Below, piece after piece: positions 1 through 13,230 of a stretch of 64,000 nucleotides of DNA. The position numbers were made by a program, and so were the translations under genes. Source of the stretch: Antedon mediterranea (taxonomy: Eukaryota; Animalia; Echinodermata); assembly GCF_964355755.1 (NCBI RefSeq), contig NC_092672.1, forward strand, positions 28,960,437 through 29,024,436, given 5' to 3'. Under the pieces are notes generated by a model. That model saw only the letters and a list, made by a program, of their open reading frames with translations. It ran no database searches and was not told the origin of the DNA. Positions within the stretch are counted from its first letter, which is position 1; each line of letters begins with the position of its first letter.

Positions 1-372
1 TTTAATTTTAAATTATTACATCGTATCTTAGCTTGTAGAAAAATCTTAAAGAAGTGGAATCTTAATAAAAGTGATTGTTGCGAAAAGTGTTGTATAGAAA
101 GTGAAAAACATATGTTGTACACCTGTAATAGCATTCAATCAGATTTGAGGAAGTTCCGTAAACTGATCGTTAAATGTATTCCGACTAATGAAACATTACG
201 GCCAGGTTTCCCCGAATGGTCAGACATAATTATAGGAACTCAGAACACGCTTGTTAATGAACTCATCTCTTTATTTACATTTAGTATTTACAAATCTTGC
301 ATTATTTATAAAACAAGCAAACGGATTATCACTTGGAATTTATTTAAGATAGAAATACAAATGGAATATTGA
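1..372 (+). mobile_element. 3' fragment of an L1/Tx1-type LINE ORF2 (C-terminal zinc-binding region)
   Basis: Frame 1 is open from base 1: FNFKLLHRILACRKILKKWNLNKSDCCEKCCIESEKHMLYTC..., matching the F-K-l-l-h-r-i-L...L-x-x-W...C-x2-C...E-x-H-x4-C pattern of L1/Tx1 ORF2 ends. Stop at 370-372. Truncated by the window edge. Confidence 0.7.
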
Positions 373-688
373 CAAAGGATAAGATGTTTTTCTGATGGTC
401 TTCTAATTCTGGTTGGAGGAACCAGAATAGACCTGGTAGAGGTTGTAGTTCCTTCTTCATCATCACTATCTTGTGGAGAATCTTCAATATCTCTTTCCCT
501 ACTATTCCCAAATATAATAGTTTCTACTTGGAACGGAAGACATTTCTTTTTTGTAAATGCTTAACAGGAATGCACTGAATCATTTTCCTCTAATGTCGAT
601 CCTACATACCTTCAGCTAAGCTGAATATACAGCATATCTTACGTTAAAATTAAGATGAGAAACTTAACTAACAGAATATTTTTCCCTA

Positions 689-2478
689 GAAAACAGCAAG
701 AATGAAGATAGTGGACAGTCAGGTGCTAAAGTCGGTCAGATAATAAACGGCAGAAAATAAAAAGAGGAGCCGATCTAAAAGAGAAAACATTTCCTTCTCA
801 AAATCTACCTCAAGGTACAGGTAAATAACAGCCGTCTTTAGTTGCTTGAAGTACAGTAAATGAATCATCCAACTATAAACACTGATATTTGTTTTCTGTA
901 GACAACAGCGATATTGAAGATAGTGGAGCATCAGGTTCTAAAAGTCGATCACATAATAAACGGTGGAGAAAAAAAGTAATGAAAAAGAAAACGTCTCTCC
1001 CTCTAAATCTGCCTAGAGGTAAATAACAAACGTCTTTAGTTAATTGCGTGAAATACAGTAAATGAATCATTAACCTCTATCCAACCTATGCCTCCCATCT
1101 AATCTGTTATAGAAATATATTGTAAGTTATACTCAAGATGAGAAAATAAAGAAACACTGATTTTTGTTTTCTGTAGACAACAGCGAGAAAGAAGATAGTG
1201 AAGCATCAGCTTGTAAAAGTCGACCAGATAATAAGCGGTGGAGGAAGAAAGTGAAAGCCAAACAAAGAGAGAAAACATCTACTTCTCTAAATTTGCCTCC
1301 TCATGGTAAATAACAAGTTAGTTAGTTTCGGGAATTACATTTAAATTATTAATTTACTTCTCACTTTTAATGTCCTCTTATATACCTCCTTAAGCTGATA
1401 TATAATTGTATCGTAACTTATACGTACTTAAATTTATTGGGTTTCATAGACAACTGCAATAATGGAGATGATGGAGCATCTGGTTCTAAAAGTCTTCAAG
1501 CAAGCGCGCCGGATCCAGAATGTTACGAAATCGGAAAGTGGGAACAAATCTTCCCCTCTACATCTTCCTCAATGTAAAGGTAAATAACAAAAGAAAGATG
1601 AATTAAAAGAAGTGAATTTCAGCAACTTTTACAATATGTTCCGTGACACAGCGTCATACACGTCATATGACATATCTCTACTCTAAATTTAACTTCAACC
1701 TACCTTTTACATGAGTATATGCCTATGTAACTGGACATATGAAGGCAATCAGAACACTGAGCTCGCCTGACCAAGATAGGAACTCGTAACAGTCCTTTGA
1801 TCTTATTAGTCTAGTAGGAAGGAGGGGTTACCGTGCAACCCCATGATGTATTTTTTTAACGTATGTTTTTGTAATCCTGAATATGTAATTAACATTTTTT
1901 TATGTTCCCTAGCACAAAATATTGTCACATAGGGTCTTTTGGAGGCCTCTTTGGTGGCCATCTTGGATTTACCAAAATACTAAATATGTATGGTACTTGA
2001 CGAGTGATCATAGAGGTCTGATTTGATCTTAAATTGTTCAGAATATGTACATTTATATGTAGGCCTACTATAATAAAAGTTTTCGTTCAAAATGACCGGA
2101 AATACCACTTTTGACCTTTGACTAAGGTGAGAACAAAATAACTTTCTCTAGACTACAGTGATAATGAAAAGATGGTGCAGGGGAAAATTTCATTTTAAAA
2201 TTTTGTTTAGCAATATTGCTAATCAAACTGATTTTTGAGTCGAGAAACATAGTTTTGTTTTGTATTTTTTGCTACACAATTTTAAAAATGTGTAGCAAAA
2301 AGGTTGTTTTGTATAGCTTTTTGCTATGCTACACTGGCGAAATTATTCCCTGTGGTGGTGCATCAAGTTCTAAAAGTCGACCACCAGATAATAAACGGCG
2401 AAGTATCCAGGATGTTAACGTAGAAGCTAAACGAAGGAGGAAAACATCTACTCCTCTAAATCTGACTGTATGCAAAGG
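689..2478 (+). repeat. Tandem array of five duplicated phase-1 mini-exons with flanking intron, in the N-terminal region of the NLR
   Basis: Copies at about 690-820, 902-1018, 1176-1304, 1450-1579 and 2152-2478. Each is ag|A(A/C)..AAC AGC...GAA GAT AGT GGA GCA TCA GGT TCT AAA AGT CG...CCT CTA AAT CT...G|gtaaataac. Copies 2 and 3 are open; copies 1 and 4 are frameshifted; copy 5 is interrupted by a MITE. Confidence 0.8.
2178..2352. mobile_element. hAT-like MITE inserted into NLR mini-exon 5
   Basis: Termini CAGGGGAAAATTTC ... GAAATTATTCCCTG. Imperfect 8-bp TSD (agatggtg / tggtggtg). Removing it approximately restores the exon consensus. Confidence 0.7.
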
Positions 2479-3353
2479 TAAATAACAGAAGAAGGATGAA
2501 TACAATTATTTAAATGAGGATTTTACATTCAAATACAGTAACGTATAGAATGTGTTCACATACATCACATGCACTATCCCTACTAACCTTTACACATGTT
2601 AGGCTGTATCACAGAATATGCCTATAGTACAGGACAAAAGATTATATTATGCAAACGTACTAGAATCAACGTTATTCAATCATATCCAAGAACACATGTG
2701 AAGGTTCAAAATTTCAACTGTAACATTATGTTAAAATCATATTTTTGTACACTTAAAAAAACAAGTAATACAGTATTTTTCAAACACTTCCTTTACTATA
2801 ACTTGATGTTATTTATTCTACAGATATGCCAGATAAATCAGCAACGACATTTCTTGATGAAAAAGATAGTATCTATACTGTTTATGGCTTCTGTTTTTAA
2901 CTTTTTCCCTATGACCAGGGCCACTTAATCTCTAGCTCGCTCTCTCAAATGACAGAAAGTTGTTCTAAAGTAGCCTAAAAAGCAATGTAGATATGAGTTA
3001 CATTGTGATCAACAGTTTAGTATTAGTAAAAAAAATCCGATTCAATGTAAACTAAGCTCGTCAAGACAATTTAAAAATGTTTCATTCGTTCTCATGTCAA
3101 TTTCTGGCCAACTCATAGTTGACAGTTTACCAAATGTTCTTGCCTCAGCCCCAACTTTTATTCCAGGAGCTGAGCTGAAAATCCTCTGACTGACCATCCC
3201 TACCACTTAATCTCGCATCGACTTCAAAATGCAACTAATTTCCGGCCAACTAAAGGTTCACATTTTCAAAAAATTCTTACATTGAAAAAGTAAGGTATTG
3301 GTGGTGCATCATCTCACTTACCACCCCTACAACAAACCCCGTGTATGCCATTG

Positions 3354-4192
3354 GCATTATTTTTTTCCTATTAGGTTAAGGCAGAAACTATAGAGGGCCT
3401 GAATCCATACATGAATATTCATGATGTGACAGAAAAACATGGAAATAACTTTCACGCGGTAACCAAAAATTATCTCTCGTCGCGCTGCTAGAGTAGCTGC
3501 TGCAAAAACATTCACCAGCCATGTAGCCGCACCTACGTACGTATAGTATTAAAAAGTGAGTTTAAATGAAATTGAATAAGAATTTGACACTAAAATTACA
3601 TATATATATATATGGGAAAATCTTTGGAACTGCTAATGCAAAAACAAAATAAATAGAAAGAAAAAGGTTATAACATGTTGCTTATGTTTCTGAAATATTT
3701 AAAGGAATTAATAAAAACTCACACATAACCTCAGAATCAATTGTGATTATAGGTTTAATTATATCATATAGCTAGGTTTACATATTAACATATAATGCCA
3801 AAAAAGGAAAGAAAATTCAGCAACGCGACAATGTCAGGCTAGGCCTATATATAGGGTACGGTGTTCAAACGTCTACGAGAGAACTTTCGACGCGAGCTAC
3901 TTATAGGTAGTGGATTGGTTTTCTCTTTTTATACAAATGAACCTTAATAGAACTCACATTTAAGACAAGAAATGAACTGGTTTAATGTTGATATATATAT
4001 GCATTATTTTTACAAAACGTCAAAAATTGCAAGTTAACAACTAAAGAACAAGAGTAGGCCCTACAGTAACGCCGTCTCCGATCTGCACACTGCGAACGTG
4101 CATCACAGATAGTATGTTTTGCAAGTACACATATTGTATATATGCACGCCCTCTATTGTTTCTGCCTTAACCTAATAGGAAAGGAATAATGC
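3354..4192. mobile_element. Non-autonomous TIR element (MITE) in an NLR intron
   Basis: TIR of about 45 bp: GCATTATTTTTTTCCTATTAGGTTAAGGCAGAAACTATAGAGGG ... CCCTCTATTGTTTCTGCCTTAACCTAATAGGAAAGGAATAATGC. No clear TSD. Confidence 0.7.
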
Positions 4193-4516
4193 ACCTCAGT
4201 GTATATTTTAGATTCAATTTCTTTTTAATGTTTCATACAATTGATTCCAAGTTGGAAATTTGACGATTTTTATGATTTTCAGCCAACTATAGTACCATTT
4301 AAAATATCTTATCTGAGGAGGACAGTAGGTAGAGACTCAGTCTCAGTAGTCACCTCTTCTTTAGATTAATCTTTTGATGTACACTTAATCATAGTTGGTC
4401 CATCAAAGGCTCCATTTTTTCCTCCATGAACTGGGTATGGGCTTGATTTCTTGAAAACAAATATTATGTGTAGAAATGTGTTGTTTTTGAATGTTTTGTT
4501 CCTTTTTATCTTATAG

Positions 4517-7500
4517 AAAAGATAGAAGGTTTTCTGCTTGATATACAAGAAACATCGCTGAAAATGCAAAAGATTTAGCACCAGCAATACTGAATACAAG
4601 ATACGGAGTAGACATATCTAAACTCTTTACAGAGTTGAACCTACTCAAACAAAATCTGAGGAGAAATGGGAGTCAGTCAACGACGTTGAAAGATGTGTTG
4701 AATATTATCAAAGACAAACAAGGTTGTAAAGTCCTTATAGATGGTGAAGGTGGTATAGGTAAAACGACGCTTTTAAGGTACATAGCATACAATGCAGGTA
4801 CAGATAAATCATTTGATGTATTTGAAGGTAAAATTGTCTTTCTTTTGAATATAAGGGAGTTGGAAGAAGGAAAGGGAATCTTAGATCTAATTGTAAAGAA
4901 TATTGATATGGAAGATTTTGATTTGAAAACAGGGCTTGGAGAAGATGCCAAAGTAATCAAACAATTCATTGTAAACCATGATGATAAAATTGTGCTGTTG
5001 TTAGACGGACTAGATGAATTCAGATTTAAGAAAGACATTTTTATTAAGCTTTTTAAAAATGAAAAATTAAAGAATAGTGTAGCAATACTTACATCACGTA
5101 CAGAAAACATAGATGAATATATAAATGCATGTGATGTACATGCAAGGGTTACAGGGTTTGGGGAACACAGCATTGGAAATTACATTTCCAGATATTTTGA
5201 ACATTTTGGAAAACCAGCCTTAGGAGAATCACTTAAAAAGGAACTCCAAAATGATACATTACATTATAAACATCAAGAAATTCATTCAATGAGCAAAAAT
5301 CAAATGTTACTTCTCACAATTTGTTGTATGTGGGAAGACAAACAAAAGCTCCCTAATAATAAGTCTGATCTTTTTAAAGAATTGTTTCGAAGTATTTTGA
5401 ATCAGTTCATTAATAAACAAGAACAACACAATTTTATTTCAAAATTTGATGATGCTCCAGTGGGGTATGTAAATGCTATGATTTTGTTAGGGAAATGCAT
5501 GTATCATAGCTTAAAGATAAATCAACTTTCAATAAACAAAGGAAATTTGATAGCTGACAAAAATTTGATTTATATGGCCCTGAAAATGGGATTTGTTTAT
5601 GAAGATGCACGAATTTCAAAATCTAGCCATGAAAAGTTTTACATGCCTCCACACAAGTTGATAGTGGAGTCATTGGTAGGATTTTATCTATACAAACTAT
5701 GTGAAAGTGAATGTATGACAAATGAACGCACAGATGATGTAAACCAACTACTTGCGCCATTAGATGAAAAAGAATGGAAAGAAATACGAGAAAGTAAACA
5801 TCTGAAAATGGCAACAGAGTTTGCAATTGGGTTTATTGGAGCTGATGCTGGTGAATTCTTAAAGCACTGGATTACAAATGATTTGGCAGCATATCGATCT
5901 TTGGGTAGATACTTGGGATTTGTTAAACAATCCTATAAGGATACTGTTGAAAAAGTTTTGACTAATCACATGTCCAAAACAACTTCAGAAATACAACATT
6001 TTTTGGAAGATATTTCAAATTCATTAAAAATGTTTATTAAGCATGCTAAACGAGATGACAAATTTAATGGAAATTTTTTACAGCTTTTGAGAGAGTTTCA
6101 TAACATATCTAGTGAACATTTGTCCAGTTTCTATGAAACAATACCTTCTGGTTTTAAAGAAAAGGTTTTTACACACATTGTATGTATTTCAATTTGGTAT
6201 GACCCAGTCATGTTAGAACTAAATAACTTAATCATGCATAATTGTAATTTAACAAATGCTGTAATGAATGCTATGATCAGAGGAAGTAAGTTGAGAATAC
6301 ATAAAATCAATATCAGTGGTAATAATCTTAGTGACATTGATGGTACATCACTGTCTTATCTATTGAGTGCATTGACTGTGGTGGGTACACTTGACATGCA
6401 TGATTGTAATCTATCAGGTGCTGTAATGAATGCTATGTGTAGAGAGTGTTATGATAATAACGTTATGGTTAAAGTGTATCACTTAAATATCAGTGGTAAT
6501 AATCTTAGTGACATTCATTGCACATCACTGTTTTTTCTATTGTGTATGATGACTTATCATAGTACACTTGACATGCATGATTGTAATCTGTCAGGTGCTG
6601 CAATGAATACTATGAGTAGAGAGTGTTATGATAAAGGATTTGAGTTGAGTTTATATCATTTAAATATCAGTGGTAATACTCTTAGTGACATTGATGGTAC
6701 ATCACTGTGTTCTCTATTTAGTATGATTACTAGCCTGCATACACTTGACATGCATGATTGTAATCTATCAGGTGCTGTAATGAATGCTATGAGTAGAGAG
6801 TGTTCTAATAAAGGAGTTAAGTTGAGATTAACTCACTTCAATATCAGTGGTAATAATCTTAGTGACATTGATAGTACATCATTGTGTTATCTATTGAGTA
6901 TGATGATTAGGCTGCATAGACATGATTGTAATCTATCAGGTGCTGTAATGAATGATATGGGTAGAGAGTGTTCTAATAAAGACGTTAAGTTGGATTTAAA
7001 TCACTTCAATAACAGTGGTAATAATCTTGGTAAGCTTGATGATGCAACAATATATTCTATATGGAGTAGAGTGGTGCTGCGTACACTTGACATGCATGAT
7101 TGTAATCTGTCAGGTGCTGTAATGAATGCTGTGAGTAGAGAGTGTTCTAATAAAGGAGTTAAGTTGGATTTAGATCACTTTAATATCAGTCGTAATAATC
7201 TTAGTGACATTGATAGTACATCACTGTGTTCTCTATTGAGTATGATGCCTTGGCGTAGTACACTTGACATGCATGATTGTAATCTATCAGGTGCTGTAAT
7301 GAATGCTATGAATAGAGATTGTTCTAATAAAGGAGTTAAGTTGGATTTAGATCACTTCAATATCAGTGGTAATAATCTTAGTGACATTGATGGTACATCA
7401 CTGTGTTATCTATTGAGTATGATGCCTTTGCTGCGTACACTTGACATGCATGATTGTAATCTATCAGGTGCTGTAATGAATGCTATTAGTATTGAGTGTT

Positions 7501-7574
7501 CTAATAAAGGAGTTAAGTTGGATTTAGATCACTTCAATATCAGTGGTGGTAGTAGTAATAGTGACATTACTTAA
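4517..7574 (+). CDS. NACHT-LRR (NLR, NLRC-like) innate immune receptor, large NACHT+LRR exon; possibly pseudogenising
   Basis: 979-aa ORF 4635-7574 with Walker A GEGGIGKTT, Walker B IVLLLDGLDE, sensor-1 ILTSR, VTGF, NQMLL (GxP/NPL position) and WH motif PHKLIVESL, followed by about eight 59-aa double LRR units. Acceptor at 4516 with a frameshift near 4540-4553; alternative in-phase acceptor at 4632. AATAAA at about 7835 and 7843. Confidence 0.88.
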
Positions 7575-7770
7575 CTTAGATGAATCTTATTTTGAGTACG
7601 ATTGGAATCTGTTAAGTGGTTTAATAACGTATTACAATCGGGGAGTTAAGTTGACATAATAATGTCAATGTAAAACATAATAATAATTGGCATCATTGGT
7701 ATTTTTACTGTGTTCTTTATTGAGTAATTATTATGAAGTTAATAGCACACTTGACATGCATTATTGTATT
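6229..7770 (+). repeat. 177-bp coding tandem repeat (59-aa two-part LRR unit), with a degenerate unit after the stop codon
   Basis: TTGACATGCATGATTGTAATCT recurs at 6391, 6568, 6745 and onward with 177-bp spacing. Remnant GGAGTTAAGTTG...ACACTTGACATGCAT at about 7642-7760. Confidence 0.9.
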
Positions 7771-10231
7771 GTAGATATTAATATACAGATATGTATTATT
7801 TTGTTTTTGTTTATGTTTTTTGTAATATTTTCTGAATAAATGAAATAAAACAAAATGGAAAATAATGCTTACTGTTGATGTTTATTTCTTGCCTAGATTG
7901 GTGAAACTCAAAATAACAGAGTAACATACATTGTTGATAGAGTTTCTATCAATACTGTATTCATATATGGATGTCAATAAGCATGGTAACTTTAATTATC
8001 AAGGGATACTCCCTGATTAAAGAAACTCAAGTGTTGAACCTTGATTAGAGACTTGATTATTTATCATAAAATTCAATATTTTTCACCCGTCTTTGTGTAC
8101 GGGCGAACGATTCTTTACTTATTCTTAGACAACTTAAGAGCCATTGTCTGTAAGAATCAAAGAAATATAAAAAAGAGTGGCAGACTCAAAAGTGGATTTC
8201 TTTCAAATTTTGCACATGGCTATATATGTGTTGAGAGAAATCAAATATGAAGTATTTTTTATTTCACACGTATATTTCCATGGCAACGGCCAAATTTGTG
8301 TTTTTGACAAATTTTGTCCTTTTTTAAGGTTTTTTAAAATGGATATTGGCACTACTTTGATGAACGATATTTTTGTGTTGTTCATTTAATTATAAAAAAT
8401 AATTAGTGTATGCATATTAACAATGCATTGTGTACCTGTTTCAAATTTTTTTATTTTTTTTTATTTCATACTTTGGGAGATACCATTTATTTAAAAAGGT
8501 GTGTTTTTCACTTTTTTTAAATTGTTCAATACAACTAAACTTTACTTCACCATACCGCCCAAAGTGGTGTATTTTTTTAGCTGATTTATTACAAATAGGT
8601 AGTTCTAATGTTTAATAATTGATTTCTAAAATAAAATACTGGGGTAAATTTAAAATCTACAAGCAGTGTTGCGAGAAACATAGGCATTTTTATATAAAAA
8701 AAACATGGTATATTAGTAAAAACATTTTATTTTCTTTGATTATTTGATTTGAAACTCATTGGTCAGAAAAATTCTTAATGTTTTATATAGTTCTAATTGT
8801 GTTGTGAGAAAAAAAAAATAATTTTTAATTATAGATTCTGTAATTCCCAGTTTTAATGTCATTTTATAGGTTATATCCTCTGGAAATTTGAATAAATTAT
8901 CAGATCGTTGTGAATTTTAATCTTTGCAACAGATTACTCCTCTCTTATTTTGAAGCTCCTCTTTCATTTGTTTACTTCTTTTATTTGCTAACCTAAGTAG
9001 ATCCCACATGCCCATCCACCACCACTTTTGACTACCACCCCTCCCCACCCCCACCCCGACTATAACCACAAAAAGATAAACTGCAACACTTTGGTCGATC
9101 ATCCACTATAGAGTGTCAAATACATGCATTCAAGCACCACCCACACTGCCGCTACTATCGCCCCAATGAATAGACGGATTCAAACTCCTCCATCCCACCA
9201 CCTCCCCCTTTTCTCCAAGCCCCCACCCACCCCAAGTTAAAAATTGCAATGCAAAAGATAGGACATAAAGTTAAGTTTTTAGACCCTCGCCTTCAACCAC
9301 CTAACTATTTAAAAGTCCTGGATCCACCACTTTCCCCTCCCCAAAATAGAACCAATCAAAAGTCAATGATATACTCAGGTATGTTAATGCTACATAACAA
9401 ATATTGAAGCCCTGATTTGAAATTTCATTTCATTTAAGGTCAGCATGTAAAATATCACACTTTATTATTAAATATTGGTTTTAAATTCTATATTTTTTTT
9501 ACTGTGATGGTTGGATTCAGTAATAATTATTAATTAATAATTATCTGATAATTATTTAATTTCCCTTAGTTATGCATAGCAACAGTTACTATGGTAACTA
9601 AAAATGAGATATTCTTTAGATTTTGCATATTTATCTCATACAAATTTAAATTTGTAGATTATTAGCAGGCATGCCTTATTTGCATTTTCAAATTACCGTT
9701 TCACAAGGTCATATTCGTAAGCACTTTGTTCTGTGATTATTTTTATTCATGAAAACCCCATATTTTATTTACAGCGGCCACCTCCCTTAACGGACGCACT
9801 TTGAAAAGCCTGTTTGTTCTTCCTATCTAATTAGTGCATTTGGTGCTTACCGTAAGCAGCTGCGAGCACCTTTTTATACTAAAAATGAAATTTGTTGTAA
9901 GCGGCCAATCGAAAAATGTGATACTTATTGCATGGACCTATGAATTAGAGGTGCATGTTTATTGTATTTCTTTATATATTAGCTTTATTTTGAAGAGGTT
10001 TTAAAAACATTACTGTGAAGAGATGAGAAAACTACACAGATTTTGACCGACCATTTTTCATATGATAAAAGTTTTTAAAATTTGTCTGAAAATGCTAAAA
10101 AATACTAAACCACCTGATTATAAATAATAATATGCCTACAATTAGCTGGAAAATTGAGAGGCTCGTTTCGTTAAGAATATCGTATAATTATAGCCATAAG
10201 TGATTTTGGCCCTTTATCGGCAGAACCTCCC

Positions 10232-13230
10232 TAAAGGTGCAATAAAGGGTGCAAACATATAAAAGAGTGCTAATTTGCGCCTTTTTCTCATAAAATGGTG
10301 CAGAGTTCATAAAAGGTTTATTTTTGCACCTTTTTTATCGAAAAATGCAGACAAGTATAAAAAGGTGCAGAACTGCACCAAAAAGCCCAAGTACGCCATG
10401 GTGACTGTGTGACAAAATAAGACCTATATTAGATTAATGAACGCTTCTTGATATATTATTAACTTAGGGCTTCTAAAAACTTAAAAGGTAATGATTATGA
10501 CAATTTTTTTAGAATGACATTATTGTGGTAAGTTAAAACAAAAATAAGAAAGATTCATAATAATAGGTTTGTGGGGACAGCTATCGGAAATCGCGGTTGT
10601 TAAACGGGTGTCACGAAAGCTCAGACCACGAAAGCTCAGACCCCCTAAGACCTAAGATCACGAAAGCTAAGACCCAACACCTAAGATTACAAATACTAAG
10701 ATATACTACAGCTTAAAAACAATACTTGTTTATCCATACATAATTTTAAACACAGTAGGTTTCATTTATTACCATAAATATAATTTAATACTACCGCAAA
10801 ACATAGATAAACTCACATTATTTTCGCCCGTTGAGTAAATGTATATTTTTTCTTTACAACAAACAAACTTGACGGATTGTTTGTTGGTATATATTTACTC
10901 CATTGTGTTGGTTCAGAGGATGTTTTTCTTACGCACCTGCCTTTCTTGTATTTTGACTCCAAATTTGTTGACTAACTTTATCCTGAACACCACACTTTAA
11001 AATTAGGACTTATAAGTACTTTCAGAAGGAGAAACACATAATAACAAATAAATAAATCCTTTAAATTGATGATTTTACAGATGTGTTTCTTTGTATACTG
11101 TAATGTAACTCCTCGAGCTCCCATGCTCAATGTTTTTGTTTCTATGGAGCGCCAAAAGAGCAACAATAATAGTACAAGTATAAAAACAGAAAGAAAACGA
11201 AACAAAAAAACTTATCATGATTTTTAAATTAAAATTTATTTGCCAGTATTTATTTCTTCGTACTTGCATGATTATACTATTATCATTACAATTTTAATTT
11301 TACATTGTTCCATCCACACTGTAGATGGACTCCACAGAGTTTTCAGCCCTCTATATAATTTTTGCTCTTTTGACGTTCCATAGAAACAAAAACATTGAAC
11401 ATGGCCCATGGGGTAGGCCTACTGTACTGTTACTGTAGGCTAGTCATTTTGTGTGCGAGAAAAACGTCTGTAAAATCATCAATTTAAAAATGTATTTGTT
11501 ACTTTTTATGTGATTCTTTTTCATGAAAGTGCCAATTCTAAGGTGTGGTATTCAGAATAAATGTTAGGAGTTAAAATACAAGGCAGGTGCGAAAGATAAA
11601 TATTTGTAATCTTAGGTGTTGGGTCTTAGCTTTCGTGATCTTAGGTCTTAGGGGGTCTGAGCTTTCGTGGTCTGAGGTTTCGTGACACCCGTTGTTAAAC
11701 ATGCAGTTTAAATATTGAGAGGAGTTTGCGCCCAAAAAATCTGGCCTATAAAACTAGGCCTAGCCTAGGCCTAGCTCCCGGATCCCACACCTCTCCAGTG
11801 CAGGATAGCTGTTAAAAGTAAGTAACGAAGCTTTATAGGCATGTAATTTGGTGGTTTTTATTAGATTAACTATTATATAGGCCTATAAGCCTACTAGCCT
11901 ACCTAGGCCTAGGTGGCCTCTACTAGGCATAGGTTAGGCCTAAAGTAGGCAGTCTAGAGGCCTACTTGGCCTACAGTAGACTCTCGGGCGGGGGCTAGTC
12001 CTAGACCAGGCCTAGCCTACTTACCTGGGCCTAGTTAGTAGGATAGGCATAGATAGGCCTAGAGGCCTAGGCTAGCTAGGCCTAGGCTAGGTAGACCTTA
12101 AACTTAATTAAAAGCAGACCTAGGCCTAGGCCTAGCCAGCTAGGCCTATAATTAATAATAGGCCTAGCTAGGCAGGCTAGGGGCCTAGGCTAGTTATTAA
12201 TATTATTAGTTACAGTAGCTGGGTATTAGGCCTAATAGGCCTATACTAGGCCTATAGGCCTATGCTATATTAATTCTTATACACATTATTTTTAATTATA
12301 AATAGTTACAGCCTGCATGATGTCATGGAGGGATAAAATAAGTTTAAACATGAAAGAGCACCTCTGCTCTGATGATCAGCAGCAATGAAGATGTTCAGAA
12401 AAGGAGAAACAAATTTGACCACATGTACCGTAATACTCTAGATATAGGGCCTACTAGACTACGAGCTGAGGAAAGGGAGAGGAACATACTTTAAAGTATG
12501 TGAAGCATTTTGACAAGGTACTTTGACTTTAAAAATCAGAACAATGCCAATAATGTATTGTATGATGTTTTCATATTATTGATAATATTAATATAATAGT
12601 TTCCCCTCCTATTTCATACTTTTTAGGAAAGTACATAATCAGGTGAAAATGTTCGGAAAAGGTGAACCAGACATCAAGAACACTGTTTCAGATACATGGG
12701 AATAAGAAGAGAATACTGTCAAAGATGTCATCATTAGATACTTTTAGCAATAGGCCTATTGTTGGTTTGAGAAGAGTTAAGGTGCAAAGACTGGTAATTG
12801 CCATCCAAAAATTCAGCAGTTGAATTGAATAATGTAATGTTTTAAAGTTGAATAAAATTATACCAAGCTTAATCAATATTTTTTGTATTTTAGTGATTTT
12901 TATTTGTGCACCTTTTTAACAGAAATTTGAACCTTAGAAGAGCATTATAGAACCCTTTATTAGGGTGTAAAGTTGCACCTTTAATTAGAGGTTGAATTTT
13001 GCTCCTTTGGGGAGCTGCTATTGTTGCATTTCGTTTGCACCTTTTAGGGTAGAAAATTACACCTTATATGGTGCAAATGTGAACTCCAAAGGAGCATTAT
13101 AGCACCCTTTATCAGGGTTCAAAATTGCACCTTCCGTCAAAGGTGCAGTTGTGCACCTTAAAGGGAGCTGCTATTGTTGCATCGGTTTGCACCTTTTTAG
13201 GTAGAGATTTGCACCTTTTTTTTTAGTGTG
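10232..13230. mobile_element. CACTA/EnSpm-like non-autonomous element, left terminus lost
   Basis: Subterminal arrays of AAGGTGCA (10232-10385) are inverted relative to TGCACC(T) arrays (12905-13220). The right end ...TTTTAGTGTG reads CACACTAAAA on the minus strand and is followed by TA. Confidence 0.55.
10606..11690. mobile_element. MULE/Foldback-like element with modular long TIRs and a 10-bp TSD
   Basis: TIR of about 90 bp starting GGGTGTCACGAAAGCTCAGACCACGAAAGCTCAGACC and ending CGTGACACCC. Direct repeat GTTGTTAAAC at 10596-10605 and 11691-11700; an 8-bp TSD reading is also possible. Confidence 0.85.

Noticed and set aside
4673-5173. 166-aa antisense ORF
   Set aside because: Shadow of the NACHT coding strand, with no independent features.
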